From Omnitrophica WOR_2 bacterium RIFOXYA2_FULL_38_17 (GTDB lineage Bacteria; Omnitrophota; Gorgyraeia; Zapsychrales; Zapsychraceae), in the NCBI GenBank assembly GCA_001805965.1, contig MHHG01000075.1, positions 8,826 through 72,825 on the forward strand: a stretch of DNA of 64,000 nucleotides, given 5' to 3'. Position numbers and translations under genes: made by a program. Positions 30,235 through 40,386 of the stretch are shown piece by piece. Each line of letters starts with the position of its first letter. The stretch's first letter is position 1. The notes under the pieces were generated by a model. The model did not search any database. It saw only the letters and a list, made by a program, of their open reading frames with translations, and was not told the origin of the DNA.

Positions 30235-31089
30235 TCAATGATTGTTCATTGGTATTGGGGTTATCCCTGCCATTTCGCCAATAACATTAACCAGTCCTTT
30301 GTCTGTAGGAACAATTATTTTTGAATTATCTTTAAGCGCATTCTCCAATGCTTGTAATTTTCTCAATACCTGAGCGTTACCAACAAAATACCTTTCAGCT
30401 GCTTCATTGACCAAGCGAATAGCTTCAGCTTCACCTTCAGCTGTAAGAATATTAGCCTGCTTTACACCTTCTGCTTTTTTAATAGCAGCTCTCTTATCAC
30501 CATCCGCCACAGTTTCTTTTGCAGTTGCATAATCAATAGCCGCTATCTTTTCGTTCTCTGCTTTAACAACTTTATTCATCGTCTCCTGAACATCCTTTGG
30601 AGGATCAATTTCCTTAAGCTCAGTACGGACTATCGAGATTCCCCAAGTCTGCGTTTCTTCCTTAAGAGTATTATGAAGCTCATTATTAATTTTACCTCTC
30701 TCGCTATTGGCAGACTTAAGCGTCAGGGTGCCTATAATATTACGCAGCGTTGTTCTTGCCAAATTAACTATCTGCCATCTGTAATTATTGACATTGTACT
30801 GTGATGCCTTAATGCTTATTTCGTCATCCTTTATCTTATAATAAACCTGAGCATCCACTCTCGCATTTAAATTATCATTTGTAATGATCTCTTGCGGCTC
30901 AGCATCGGCCATTTGCTCAGTAATATTAACCAAGAACAATCTATCGATCAAAGGTATGATCCAGTGAAATCCAGGATTAGCAAGCCTATTATATTTTCCA
31001 AAGCGCTCAATTAATCCTCTGCTTGTTGGCCTGACAATTCGTACCCCCAAGAAAAACAATACGACAACTACAATCAGTGCTATTATCAT
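30235..31089 (-). CDS. SPFH/band-7 (stomatin/HflK-like) membrane protein
   Basis: N-terminal TM segment plus 'GLIERFGKYNRLANPGFHWIIPLIDRL' and a coiled-coil tail. Confidence 0.85.
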   Translation of the reverse strand: MIIALIVVVVLFFLGVRIVRPTSRGLIERFGKYNRLANPGFHWIIPLIDRLFLVNITEQMADAEPQEIITNDNLNARVDAQVYYKIKDDEISIKASQYNVNNYRWQIVNLARTTLRNIIGTLTLKSANSERGKINNELHNTLKEETQTWGISIVRTELKEIDPPKDVQETMNKVVKAENEKIAAIDYATAKETVADGDKRAAIKKAEGVKQANILTAEGEAEAIRLVNEAAERYFVGNAQVLRKLQALENALKDNSKIIVPTDKGLVNVIGEMAGITPIPMNNH

Positions 31090-31165
31090 AACCTTCCTCC
31101 TTTATTTGATTATTACTGTGCACTACAAAAAACGAATCCATATTAGCAGCAAAATACCTACTAAA

Positions 31166-32020
31166 TTAATTTTCTGCTTCCATATTCAGGTCCTCAGCTG
31201 CCTCTTCTGATCCAGTATCATCTGTTTCCTCCTCAGATTTAACTTCAGCAGTTGAGTCTCCATCATAAATTACAACATCAGTTTCTAGTGCTGTAGGCTC
31301 TTGCGCCTCTTCCTGATCTTCAAGCTCTTCCCTGTTTCCTTGACCTACAAGATCCCCAGAATCTTCCTGATCTTCAAGTACTTCCATATTTCCCTGGCCT
31401 TCAAGCTCTCCAGCATCTCCCTGATCATCAAGTTCTTCCATATCTCCCTGATCTTCCATTTCCTCAGAATCTCCCTGATCATCAAGCTCTTCCATATCGC
31501 CTTGATCTTGAAGTTCCTCAGCACTTTCAATGTCCTCAGTCTCATCATCTGCTATCTGCTCTTCATTTCGCTGAGGAATATCCGCTTCTTCCATGTTTTC
31601 AGCATCCTCAACTTCAACAGCAGAATCATCCATCACTTCATTGCTTGCCGGCTCAAGAACATCTTCAGCATTATCTGTCCCTTCCTCTATCATAGGCTTA
31701 TTTACTTTAACAACAATATCCTGGTCTTGAACAAGCCCTGTGTCTTCTTCAACAATAGCGGACCCTCCTGCTTCTTCAGCAACATCAGAAGGAACCTCTG
31801 CTTTAACTGCCACATCTTCTTTTTGATTAGAATCATTAATGCTTTCAATTTCGTCAGTATAGAGAACCAACTCTATTCCATCAACTTCAACTTTGACAAA
31901 ATCATCTGTTCTTTGCACTATAGTTGCCTCAATAACTTTTCCCGATTTTAATGTAATAATATCAGCATTAGCAAAAGATGTAAGGGCTAAAAAAATCACG
32001 ATCAAAAACAGCTTTCTCAT
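31166..32020 (-). CDS. Secreted, highly acidic protein with 11-aa tandem repeats (EELDDQGDMEE-like)
   Basis: Signal peptide 'MRKLFLIVIFLALTSFANA', a small N-terminal domain, then about 200 aa of D/E-rich sequence containing roughly 7 imperfect 33-nt repeats. Confidence 0.6.
   Translation of the reverse strand: MRKLFLIVIFLALTSFANADIITLKSGKVIEATIVQRTDDFVKVEVDGIELVLYTDEIESINDSNQKEDVAVKAEVPSDVAEEAGGSAIVEEDTGLVQDQDIVVKVNKPMIEEGTDNAEDVLEPASNEVMDDSAVEVEDAENMEEADIPQRNEEQIADDETEDIESAEELQDQGDMEELDDQGDSEEMEDQGDMEELDDQGDAGELEGQGNMEVLEDQEDSGDLVGQGNREELEDQEEAQEPTALETDVVIYDGDSTAEVKSEEETDDTGSEEAAEDLNMEAEN
31290..31530 (-). repeat. Imperfect tandem repeats of about 33 bp within the acidic-protein gene
   Basis: A periodic 'ctgatcttcaag...ttccat' unit recurs about 7 times. 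A 216-aa antisense ORF here is an artefact of the repeats. Confidence 0.6.
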
Positions 32021-32106
32021 TTAAATCTCCTTTTTTTATTTTTATAAAAATTAATATGATAAGCATTATACCCTACAATCTTTCAATAGCAAAAGATAAA
32101 AATTGC

Positions 32107-33678
32107 TTACTTTTTTATCCTAAAACCAATGCCTATTCTTAATAAAACGATAAATATATAATATAATGCAACATGCACCAATGAAATTCTTTCAATGTAA
32201 AAATATGCCCCCGGCATTTTACTGAATAAAAATATAAGTCCTACCTTAATATTCAAGACCAACTTAAGGCATTGGGCAAAAAACACTGCACCTGATGGAA
32301 CAAATGATGATATTAAAAGCATACCAAAGCCCAACGCGACGACAACGCTCAACAATGGAACTATAAGAATATTGGCAACTATCGTTACCGGCGTAACCAT
32401 CTGAAAATAATATGCTATCGCACCAGCAACACCTATCCAAACAGCCAATGAAACACAAAACAGCTTTACAACAACTTGTACAATAAAGATCCTGTTATCT
32501 GCAAATATCATTTTTGCAGATCTTTCAAACAACGGATAAAACCAGAATATTGCAACAACACAAATGTATGAAAGCTGAAATCCAACGTCAAAAATATTAT
32601 ATGGATTCACCGTTAGAAGCATCAACGCGCTGAGGCTTAACATGCTTATAAAATCAGATTCTCTTTCAATGGCAATACCAATAAGTATAGTTACCGTCAT
32701 CACTGTCGCACGAACAACTGAAGGCCTCGCCTCAACAACGATCATATAGGCTATCAGCATAATCACCGTTGCTACCAGCTTACATCTTCTATTAATCGGT
32801 AAGATCCTAAAAAACATAAAAAAACATCCTGCAACAATGCCAACGTGCAACCCGCTGATTGCAAGGATGTGGGCTGTCCCTGTTTTAACAAATAACTCTC
32901 TGATATGCACAGGTATATTAGACCTGTCCCCCAGCAAAATAGCACACATCAATCCGGATTCGTTTTCGGTCAAATTGTCCGTGAATTTCTTCTTGAGATA
33001 TTCTCTCAGCCTGAAAACATTCGCTTTAAACCTGCTACCTTGATTCCTCTTTAATATTTCTACCGGCGCATTTTTCTTAACGCTCAATATCAATTTGATC
33101 GATTGCCTGTTTAAATATTCCCTGTAGGAAAACCTGCCAGTCTTTGCAAATTCATAAGGCTTGTGCAGCTTGCCCGAAAACTTAACAATGTCTCCGTAAT
33201 TAATATTAGTTGCCCCAAAAATATCAACCAATATTTGCCCGGTTTTTTTATGCCAACCCCAGGGAGATTTTATCGCTTGTACATCCAGGACAAACGATGT
33301 TTTAACTCCCTGCAAAGAATCCTTTCTCGTAACATTCGATATTACCAGGCCTTTTACCTCTACAGGCCCGTCCCTATAATATTTGGCAACATGATAAACA
33401 TGATCCCCTTGCAGCTCTTTTTGGGCCTGGCATAAGAACCACCCTAAACAAAATACCGTGACCAGTAGAATTAAACCTGAAACAAAACTTTCTTTCTTGG
33501 TAATCAAAGTGACAATCAAGAGAAAACATATCAGAAAAAACAAAACATCCAGCTGAAAATGACAATACTCCCCTGCAATAATCCCTAATGCCAATGAAAC
33601 AACAACCCCGAGAAGTGGATTCCTTACAATAACTTTATCACTATCCGTTCTACTTTTAACATCTTGAAACATCAGCAT
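32107..33678 (-). CDS. comEC: ComEC/Rec2 DNA-uptake channel (no metallo-beta-lactamase domain)
   Basis: DUF4131-like N-terminus, a competence-domain multi-TM core, 523 aa. Confidence 0.75.
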   Translation of the reverse strand: MLMFQDVKSRTDSDKVIVRNPLLGVVVSLALGIIAGEYCHFQLDVLFFLICFLLIVTLITKKESFVSGLILLVTVFCLGWFLCQAQKELQGDHVYHVAKYYRDGPVEVKGLVISNVTRKDSLQGVKTSFVLDVQAIKSPWGWHKKTGQILVDIFGATNINYGDIVKFSGKLHKPYEFAKTGRFSYREYLNRQSIKLILSVKKNAPVEILKRNQGSRFKANVFRLREYLKKKFTDNLTENESGLMCAILLGDRSNIPVHIRELFVKTGTAHILAISGLHVGIVAGCFFMFFRILPINRRCKLVATVIMLIAYMIVVEARPSVVRATVMTVTILIGIAIERESDFISMLSLSALMLLTVNPYNIFDVGFQLSYICVVAIFWFYPLFERSAKMIFADNRIFIVQVVVKLFCVSLAVWIGVAGAIAYYFQMVTPVTIVANILIVPLLSVVVALGFGMLLISSFVPSGAVFFAQCLKLVLNIKVGLIFLFSKMPGAYFYIERISLVHVALYYIFIVLLRIGIGFRIKK

Positions 33679-33724
33679 AATTAATAATTCCTTTTTAACA
33701 CCAGGCTAATGCGAATATGGCCGA

Positions 33725-34063
33725 CTATTTTATAAATAAATATTTTGAGAAATGCAGGTAGTTCTTGTCCCTTATCCCTTTTACATTTTTTATCTGCTCC
33801 AAGCTTTTAAAGGGCCCGTTCTTTCTCCTGTACTCAACAATATTATTGGCTGTATATTCCCCTATATACGGGACAACAACTAGCTCTTGGGCTGTAGCTT
33901 TATTAATATCAACTTTTGGATAAATTTTATCGCTATCGATAACATTGACAATATCTGTTAAAAACGGATACTTCTTGAACGCCAGCTGCAGTGCTGCCCC
34001 AGAAAAAACAACAGCAATGAACAAAACCAGCACAAGCTTTTCCTGTTTCGTAAAACTGAACAT
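33725..34063 (-). CDS. comEA: ComEA helix-hairpin-helix DNA receptor
   Basis: 'DINKATAQELVVVPYIGEYTANNIVEYRRKNGPFKSLEQIKNVKGI' (HhH) after an N-terminal TM segment. Confidence 0.8.
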   Translation of the reverse strand: MFSFTKQEKLVLVLFIAVVFSGAALQLAFKKYPFLTDIVNVIDSDKIYPKVDINKATAQELVVVPYIGEYTANNIVEYRRKNGPFKSLEQIKNVKGIRDKNYLHFSKYLFIK

Positions 34064-34167
34064 TATTTACACTTCTCTTTTGGAGGGAGAACCGGGGGAT
34101 TCAACATGCTTTAGCATATTACAAATAGGGCATTGCTACAATCAAACCAACTCTGCGGTATCCTTGG

Positions 34168-34191
34168 GGGACAGTGACAAAACATAAGTTT
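34168..34191 (-). other. Perfect 10-bp inverted repeat with a 4-nt loop, downstream of leuS and upstream of comEA
   Basis: gtgacaaaac-ataa-gttttgtcac. It has no adjacent U-run, so it may be an attenuator or operator rather than a classic terminator. Confidence 0.4.
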
Positions 34192-34275
34192 TGTCACAAC
34201 AGTCAATTTTTAAGGACATGAAATTCCCGCTGCCTCAACGGATCTTCATGAACAAAAATCACCGAAAGTTTATGC

Positions 34276-36747
34276 TTAAACAACTATGTTAACCAACTTA
34301 CCTTGAACATAAATAAATTTTCTAACAGGCTTATCCGCGACCCATTGCCGGATCTTGTCATCAGCCAGAACGATCTCTTTAAGCTGATCCTCAGTACTAT
34401 CAGCAGCAACCTCAAACTTTCCACGAAGCTTTCCATTGATCTGGACAATTATCTGAATATTGTCTTGCACAAGAGCTGTTTCATCATATTGGGGCCATTT
34501 AACATCCATAATAGTTTTCTCTTTATTGCCTAACCTCTGCCACAACTCTTCACAAATATGAGGGACAAAAGGAGATAATAACAAAACCAGCTTCCTTCCA
34601 ACTTCATTAATTAACGATTGCTTCTGTTGGGCATATTTATATTTCGCAATATGATTCATTAAGATCATGATACTGCTAATCGCTGTATTAAATTTATAAT
34701 TTTCAATATCTTCTGTTACCTTTTTGATAGTGACGTTGAGGGCCCTGTTCAATTTCTTATCTTCATCATCCATCAAACTTTTATCCAAATCCTCCTGACA
34801 ATCAGGGTCACATTGATCCTCAACAAACCTCTCAACCCTGCTCAAGAACTTCCATGAGCCATCAACCGCGCCGTCATTCCATTCTAATTGATCTTCCGGC
34901 GGAGCCGCAAATAAAATACAAAGCCTTAATGAGTCCGCTCCGTATTTTGCTATAACCGAATCCGGGTCAACTGTGTTACCTCTTGATTTGGACATTACCT
35001 CTCCGTCCTTCAAAACCATGCCCTGAGTAAGAAGCCTGATGAACGGCTCATCAAAATCAATGAGACCAAGGTCCTTAAAGAACTTCGTGAAGAATCTGGA
35101 ATATAAAAGATGAAGGATCGCATGCTCTATTCCTCCAATATACTGGTCAACTTCCATCCAGTATGCCGCTTCCTCTTTATCAAAAACCTGGGTTGCATCC
35201 TTAGCCGAACAATATCTTAAGTAATACCAGGATGAATCAAAGAAAGTTGCCATAGTGTCTGTTTCACGGCGGGCATCTTTGCCGCATGCCGGACATTTAA
35301 CATCAGTGAACTCTTGTACATGACTTAGCGGGCTTCCACCCTCGCCAGTGATCTTAATATTCTTAGGCAACACAACAGGGAGATCTTCATCCGGCACCGG
35401 AACAATGCCGCAAGCATCACAATAAATAACAGGAATAGGCGTTCCCCAATATCTCTGGCGGGAGATCAGCCAGTCACGAAGACGCCAGTGAAGGCTTATC
35501 TTCCCTGTGCCTTCTTTTTCCATCCATTTGCCGATCTTTTCGATCGCTTCAATATTGTTTACACCATTGAACTGGGCAGAATTTACCAAGACTCCCTGCT
35601 CAACATAAGCACAATCCATTTCATCAGCTGTAATTTTAGGATTTGCAGGGTCCTGAATAACTATACGCAAAGGCAGGTCATTTTCCTTGGCAAAAAGAAA
35701 ATCCCTCTGGTCATGCGTAGGAACAGCCATGATCGCGCCAGTTCCATATCCCATCAGCACATAATCAGCGATCCAGATCGGGACTTCTTCGCCATTAACA
35801 GGATTAATGGCATATTTTCCGGTAAAGACGCCTTCTTTCTTTTGGTCTCCAGAAACCCTTAAGCTCATGCTTTCATTTGCGACCTTCTCAATGAACGCGT
35901 TAACAACCTGCTCTTTATCCGTTCCTTTTGTGATTTTTTTAACAAGAGGATGCTCCGGTGCCAGCACAACATATGTTGCTCCAAAAATAGTATCCGCCCT
36001 GGTAGTAAACACTGTTATATTCTCGTCAGATCCTTTTATCTTAAATAACATATCCACGCCATGGCTTTTGCCGATCCAGTTCTCCTGCATTGCAATAACA
36101 CGGCTTGGCCACTTATCCAGCGTTTTTAAATCTTCTAGAAGCTTGTAGCTGTACTCCGTAATTTTCAAATACCATTGGCTAAGGTCTTTTTGCACAACCT
36201 GAGTTTTACATCTCCAGCATTCGCCATTAATGACCTCTTCATTGGCCAGTGTAGTCTCGCAATCGGGGCACCAGTTAACGGATGATGCTTTCTTATAGGC
36301 AAGCCCTCGCTCCATCATCTGCTTAAATATCCACTGGTTCCATTTGTAATATTCCTCATCACATGTTGCGAGCTCACGGTCCCAATCATATGAGAATCCC
36401 ATGCGTTTTAGGTTGGTCCTCATCTCAGCTATACATCTGTATGTCCACTCGGAAGGGTCTATGCCATTTTTAATTGCAGCATTTTCGGCAGGCTGGCCAA
36501 AAGCATCATATCCCATAGGATGAAGGACATTATAGCCCTGGCTCATTCTAAAGCGTGCCATGCAATCCGCTATTGTATAATTCCTGACATGCCCCATATG
36601 TATCTTTCCCGACGGATAAGGGAACATTTCAAGGACATAATATTTTTCTTTATCAGGGTCTTTCTCAGCCTTGAATATCTTGTGCTCATCCCAATACTTC
36701 TGCCATTTTTCTTCTATACTGTGGATTTCATGTGTGCTGTATGCCAT
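34276..36747 (-). CDS. leuS: Leucyl-tRNA synthetase
   Basis: 823 aa with 'HMGH' and 'KMSKS'-type ('VMSKSRGN') class I motifs. Confidence 0.95.
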   Translation of the reverse strand: MAYSTHEIHSIEEKWQKYWDEHKIFKAEKDPDKEKYYVLEMFPYPSGKIHMGHVRNYTIADCMARFRMSQGYNVLHPMGYDAFGQPAENAAIKNGIDPSEWTYRCIAEMRTNLKRMGFSYDWDRELATCDEEYYKWNQWIFKQMMERGLAYKKASSVNWCPDCETTLANEEVINGECWRCKTQVVQKDLSQWYLKITEYSYKLLEDLKTLDKWPSRVIAMQENWIGKSHGVDMLFKIKGSDENITVFTTRADTIFGATYVVLAPEHPLVKKITKGTDKEQVVNAFIEKVANESMSLRVSGDQKKEGVFTGKYAINPVNGEEVPIWIADYVLMGYGTGAIMAVPTHDQRDFLFAKENDLPLRIVIQDPANPKITADEMDCAYVEQGVLVNSAQFNGVNNIEAIEKIGKWMEKEGTGKISLHWRLRDWLISRQRYWGTPIPVIYCDACGIVPVPDEDLPVVLPKNIKITGEGGSPLSHVQEFTDVKCPACGKDARRETDTMATFFDSSWYYLRYCSAKDATQVFDKEEAAYWMEVDQYIGGIEHAILHLLYSRFFTKFFKDLGLIDFDEPFIRLLTQGMVLKDGEVMSKSRGNTVDPDSVIAKYGADSLRLCILFAAPPEDQLEWNDGAVDGSWKFLSRVERFVEDQCDPDCQEDLDKSLMDDEDKKLNRALNVTIKKVTEDIENYKFNTAISSIMILMNHIAKYKYAQQKQSLINEVGRKLVLLLSPFVPHICEELWQRLGNKEKTIMDVKWPQYDETALVQDNIQIIVQINGKLRGKFEVAADSTEDQLKEIVLADDKIRQWVADKPVRKFIYVQGKLVNIVV

Positions 36748-36847
36748 AAACCTTAAAAACCTTTTCTTTTATTTTTGCTTTTTCATATTCATAAACAATA
36801 TTTGTACTTTATACTATAAAATCACTTAAAAAGCCATTAATTAATCT

Positions 36848-37045
36848 CTAGCGGATAAACAACAAGACAAAACAGAGCAAAACGAAAAAAACCAAAAAGA
36901 ACCAAACAACCCTGTTATTTGCATACTTTATCCTGCTTATAAAACCTTTTCCCGCCCTTTGAAGGCTGTCGCCACAAAAATGGCACAAAATCGCATCTTC
37001 ATCATAAATTGGATTATTACAGTTTGGGCAAATATATTCGCTCAT
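36848..37045 (-). CDS. Small zinc-ribbon protein with a C-terminal TM helix
   Basis: 'CPNC...CHFC' followed by 'VWFFLVFFVLLCFVLLFI'. Confidence 0.4.
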   Translation of the reverse strand: MSEYICPNCNNPIYDEDAILCHFCGDSLQRAGKGFISRIKYANNRVVWFFLVFFVLLCFVLLFIR

Positions 37046-37174
37046 AATGACCTCCTGATTTTATCTATTCTACAATAAAATCACTGAATTTGCACAAATA
37101 TACGAAGATTATCAACAGCCTCCTGGCATTTTTGCCTATTGCTTTTTATTAAGAACTGTTCTATTATGTTGTCT

Positions 37175-37375
37175 ATGAAAATCACAGTAAACGGACAAGA
37201 AAAGGTCTTTGAGTCCTCTTTATCTCTTGAAAACCTTATAGAAAACCTCAGCCAAAACAAGGATCATGTAATAGCCGAGTTGAACGGAAATATAATCAAG
37301 TCCAGCAAATGGTTAAGTACTGCCATATCTGACGGTGATGCAATTGAATTAGTCACTTTTGTTGGAGGTGGATAA
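37175..37375 (+). CDS. thiS: Sulfur-carrier protein ThiS
   Basis: 66 aa ending '...VTFVGGG'. The start was chosen at the ATG at 37175; the track ORF starts further upstream. Confidence 0.75.
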   Translation: MKITVNGQEKVFESSLSLENLIENLSQNKDHVIAELNGNIIKSSKWLSTAISDGDAIELVTFVGGG

Positions 37376-38186
37376 ATTGCAGGGTAACAATTCTAACCAT
37401 ATTATAGCTCAAGATCATCCTTTAGAGATTGCAGGAAAAAAATTTACTAATAGATTCCTTCTTGGAACAGGTAAATTCAAGAACAAGCAAGAGCTAGCAG
37501 ATTGCATTCAATCATCAGGAACTCAAATTGTAACCGTTGCCTTAAGAAGGATAGACCTTGAACAAAGCGGTGAAAGCATTCTTCCGTACATTCCAAAAGA
37601 TGTCATTATTTTAACAAACACTTCAGGGGCAAGAAACGCTCAGGAAGCTGTTAGGATCGCCCGGCTGGCAAAAGAATCAGGCTGCGGGAACTGGGTCAAG
37701 ATCGAAGTTATAAATGATTCGAAATACCTGCTTCCTGATAATAATGAAACCATAAAAGCAACTGAAATATTAGCTTCAGAAGGCTTTGTGGTCTTGCCCT
37801 ATATAACACCGGACCTTTATGCAGCGAGGGCCTTAGTTAAAGCCGGAGCTGCCACGGTCATGCCTCTTGCTTCTCTTATCGGAAGCAACCAGGGCCTCAA
37901 GGCAAAAGAGTTCATCAAAATACTTATTGAAGAAATGGATGTCCCCATTATCGTAGATGCAGGAATAGGCGCGCCTTCGCAAGCGGCTGAAACAATGGAA
38001 ATGGGCGCCGATGCTGTTTTAGTCAACACTGCCGTTGCGACATCAGCCAATCCGGCACTTGCAGCAAAAGCTTTTTCTCTGGCTATTGAAGCTGGCCGGT
38101 TAGCTTACATAAGCCGGCTACCAAAGCAAAAAGACATAGCCGATGCCTCATCTCCTTTGACGGGATTCCTATTTGAAATATCCTAA
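37359..38186 (+). CDS. thiG: Thiazole synthase ThiG
   Basis: Conserved ThiG core ('[15 protein letters not shown]', '[13 protein letters not shown]'). It overlaps thiS by 17 nt. Confidence 0.9.
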   Translation: MLEVDKLQGNNSNHIIAQDHPLEIAGKKFTNRFLLGTGKFKNKQELADCIQSSGTQIVTVALRRIDLEQSGESILPYIPKDVIILTNTSGARNAQEAVRIARLAKESGCGNWVKIEVINDSKYLLPDNNETIKATEILASEGFVVLPYITPDLYAARALVKAGAATVMPLASLIGSNQGLKAKEFIKILIEEMDVPIIVDAGIGAPSQAAETMEMGADAVLVNTAVATSANPALAAKAFSLAIEAGRLAYISRLPKQKDIADASSPLTGFLFEIS

Positions 38187-38191
38187 TTGCC

Positions 38192-39214
38192 ATGATCACA
38201 CAAAAAGAAATCAATGATATCCTTAATGATAAAAGCCCGGAATCTGTAGAAGCCCTTGCAAATGCCGCAAGAAAAATCACAGAACAATATTTCGGCAGGA
38301 CAATATCCCTTTATACCCCTTTATATTTGTCAAATTATTGCAGCAGCAAGTGTACTTACTGCGGGTTCAACAGCCATAACCGCATTAGCAGAATAAAACT
38401 TAACAGTGATCAAATGCATCAAGAGATGTCACACATTGCAAACACTGGCATTGAGAACATTCTTTTGCTTACAGGCGAGTCATATCAGGCAACTCCTCTA
38501 TCATATCTTAAGGAAGCCATAACTATTGCAAAACAATATTTCCCGAGCATAAGTTTAGAAATCCATCCTTTGGAAACTGCAGAATACCAAGACCTTTATT
38601 GTGCAGGCGCAGACGGAATCACTGTATATCAAGAAACATATGACAAAATTCGCTACAGCCAAGTACATATCTCCGGGAAAAAAAGTGATTATGCTTACAG
38701 GCTGTCAACTCCTCAAAGAATTGCTGAAGCGGGCATTAGGCAGATCTCGCTAGGTATACTGTTAGGCCTTGGTGATGTTAAATACGATCTTTGTTCCTTA
38801 TATGCACATTTGAAGAAAATGGAAAGTGCTTTTCCCGGCATTGAATATAGCCTGTCTTTTCCGAGGCTTCGCAAGATCAAAGGCCAGGATTTTGCGGTCT
38901 GCGACATTGATGATATCACATTCATCAAGATCATTTGTTTAACCCGCACCCTTTTCCCCCGAGTCGGCATAAACCTTTCTACCCGCGAGAAACCCTTGCT
39001 TAGGGATCATGCAATATCCCTGGGAATCACAAGAATGTCTGCAGGGTCAGCAACATGCGTAGGTGGTTATCACCTTCTAACTGCTGAGAATCAAGACCCT
39101 CAGTTCGATGTTGAAGATTCACGCTCAGTAGGCGAAATAGTAAACATGCTAAAAAGCAAAAACTACGATCCTGTGATGACCGACTGGCGCAGAATTGAAA
39201 ATATACCCGCATAA
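38192..39214 (+). CDS. thiH: 2-iminoacetate synthase ThiH (radical SAM)
   Basis: 'CSSKCTYCGF' CX3CX2C radical-SAM motif; 340 aa. Confidence 0.85.
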   Translation: MITQKEINDILNDKSPESVEALANAARKITEQYFGRTISLYTPLYLSNYCSSKCTYCGFNSHNRISRIKLNSDQMHQEMSHIANTGIENILLLTGESYQATPLSYLKEAITIAKQYFPSISLEIHPLETAEYQDLYCAGADGITVYQETYDKIRYSQVHISGKKSDYAYRLSTPQRIAEAGIRQISLGILLGLGDVKYDLCSLYAHLKKMESAFPGIEYSLSFPRLRKIKGQDFAVCDIDDITFIKIICLTRTLFPRVGINLSTREKPLLRDHAISLGITRMSAGSATCVGGYHLLTAENQDPQFDVEDSRSVGEIVNMLKSKNYDPVMTDWRRIENIPA

Positions 39215-39351
39215 AAAGCACCCTTTGGCCCTTTCTTATGAACAAAACCCGGCAACTGATAAGTTTGCGCGTACTGATTCCATATGTTACATTTTACTGT
39301 AGAATTTTCACCGGAGAAATCTAGGGCAAAAACATCTTACGGAGAAAGATC

Positions 39352-39624
39352 ATGAAGAACTTGTTATGTTTGCTTTTTACAATATTTATCTTGCAGGGAT
39401 GCGCTACTGTTAAAACAGCTCAAATTAACACCGGAATGAACAAAGATCAGGTTATTGAAACCTGGGGCCAGCCTCGCTCTATACAGACCGCAAAGAATAG
39501 CGCCCAAAGGAACAATTTCACTGAAAAGTGGTATTATTATAAACAAAAAGACGGCAAGACAAAACTTCCTGAAAAATCCATCATCTTTGAGGATGGAAAA
39601 GTATCTTATGCCTTTATTTATTGA
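39352..39624 (+). CDS. BamE/SmpA-OmlA-like small lipoprotein
   Basis: Lipobox 'LQGCAT' and 'NTGMNKDQVIETWGQP', which fits the BamE 'GMTxxQVxxxLGxP' signature. Confidence 0.5.
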   Translation: MKNLLCLLFTIFILQGCATVKTAQINTGMNKDQVIETWGQPRSIQTAKNSAQRNNFTEKWYYYKQKDGKTKLPEKSIIFEDGKVSYAFIY

Positions 39625-39777
39625 TCATTAAGAACTGGCCTTTGATATATATGCTGTTTATCGGAGGTCAGTTTTTTATTTAGTTCTTTACCTCGCTCCT
39701 GATCTTTTCACTTGTCTTTAAATACAAATGCATTTAGAATTACCCTAATCAAACAATAGACATACAAAGGTCCCTTT

Positions 39778-40386
39778 ATGAACCAATTTGAAGAAGGTTT
39801 ACTTAAGTATTTATCAGAGGATCAGCTAAAAAAGATCCAGTCAGTAAAAATAGGCATCGGCGGAGCTGGCGGGCTGGGCTCTAATGTGGCTTTGATCTTG
39901 GTAAGAAGCGGCTTTAAGGACCTTGAGATCATTGATTTTGACAACATTGAAGCGTCCAACCTGAACCGTCAAAATTATTATCTTGATGATATCGGCAAGC
40001 CAAAAGCTGAGACGCTTAAAAATTATCTGATGGACATCAACCCCGACGCAAAAATAATCACTCATCATAAAAAATGGGATAAAATTTCGTTAGAAAATAT
40101 TTTCAAGAACCGCCATGTCATTATAGAAGCCTTTGACCATCCTTCCCAAAAAAAGGATTTCGTTGAATATTATCAAGACAAAGCAGACATCTTGATATCC
40201 GGGAACGGAATGGCTGGATTAGATTCAAAACAAGATATCACGACTAAAAGAATTAATAATATTTTTATCGTTGGAGACAATGTAACCGACACTCAAAAAG
40301 GACACCCTCCTATGGCTCCGCGGGTAATAAGCTGTGCGGCAAAGATGGCTGAAATAGCCTTAGACTTGAGCCTGGGCTTTCTTTAG
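39778..40386 (+). CDS. thiF: ThiF/MoeB-type adenylyltransferase (short ThiF)
   Basis: 'GIGGAGGLGSNVA' nucleotide-binding motif; 202 aa. Confidence 0.85.
   Translation: MNQFEEGLLKYLSEDQLKKIQSVKIGIGGAGGLGSNVALILVRSGFKDLEIIDFDNIEASNLNRQNYYLDDIGKPKAETLKNYLMDINPDAKIITHHKKWDKISLENIFKNRHVIIEAFDHPSQKKDFVEYYQDKADILISGNGMAGLDSKQDITTKRINNIFIVGDNVTDTQKGHPPMAPRVISCAAKMAEIALDLSLGFL

Noticed and set aside
31301-31951. 216-aa plus-strand ORF antisense to the acidic repeat gene
   Set aside because: It is composed of low-complexity F/I/L-rich translation of the reverse complement of the GAx/GAT repeat tract, with no Shine-Dalgarno sequence. It is a repeat shadow ORF.
34165-34193. CRP-type site (TGTGA...TCACA)
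   Set aside because: The half-sites are 16 bp apart rather than 6, which is not a CRP/FNR geometry. It is retained only as a generic palindrome.
37046-37174. Expected TPP riboswitch upstream of thiS
   Set aside because: No CUGAGA or THI-box core was visible on either strand in the 129-nt leader; it is left for a covariance-model check.
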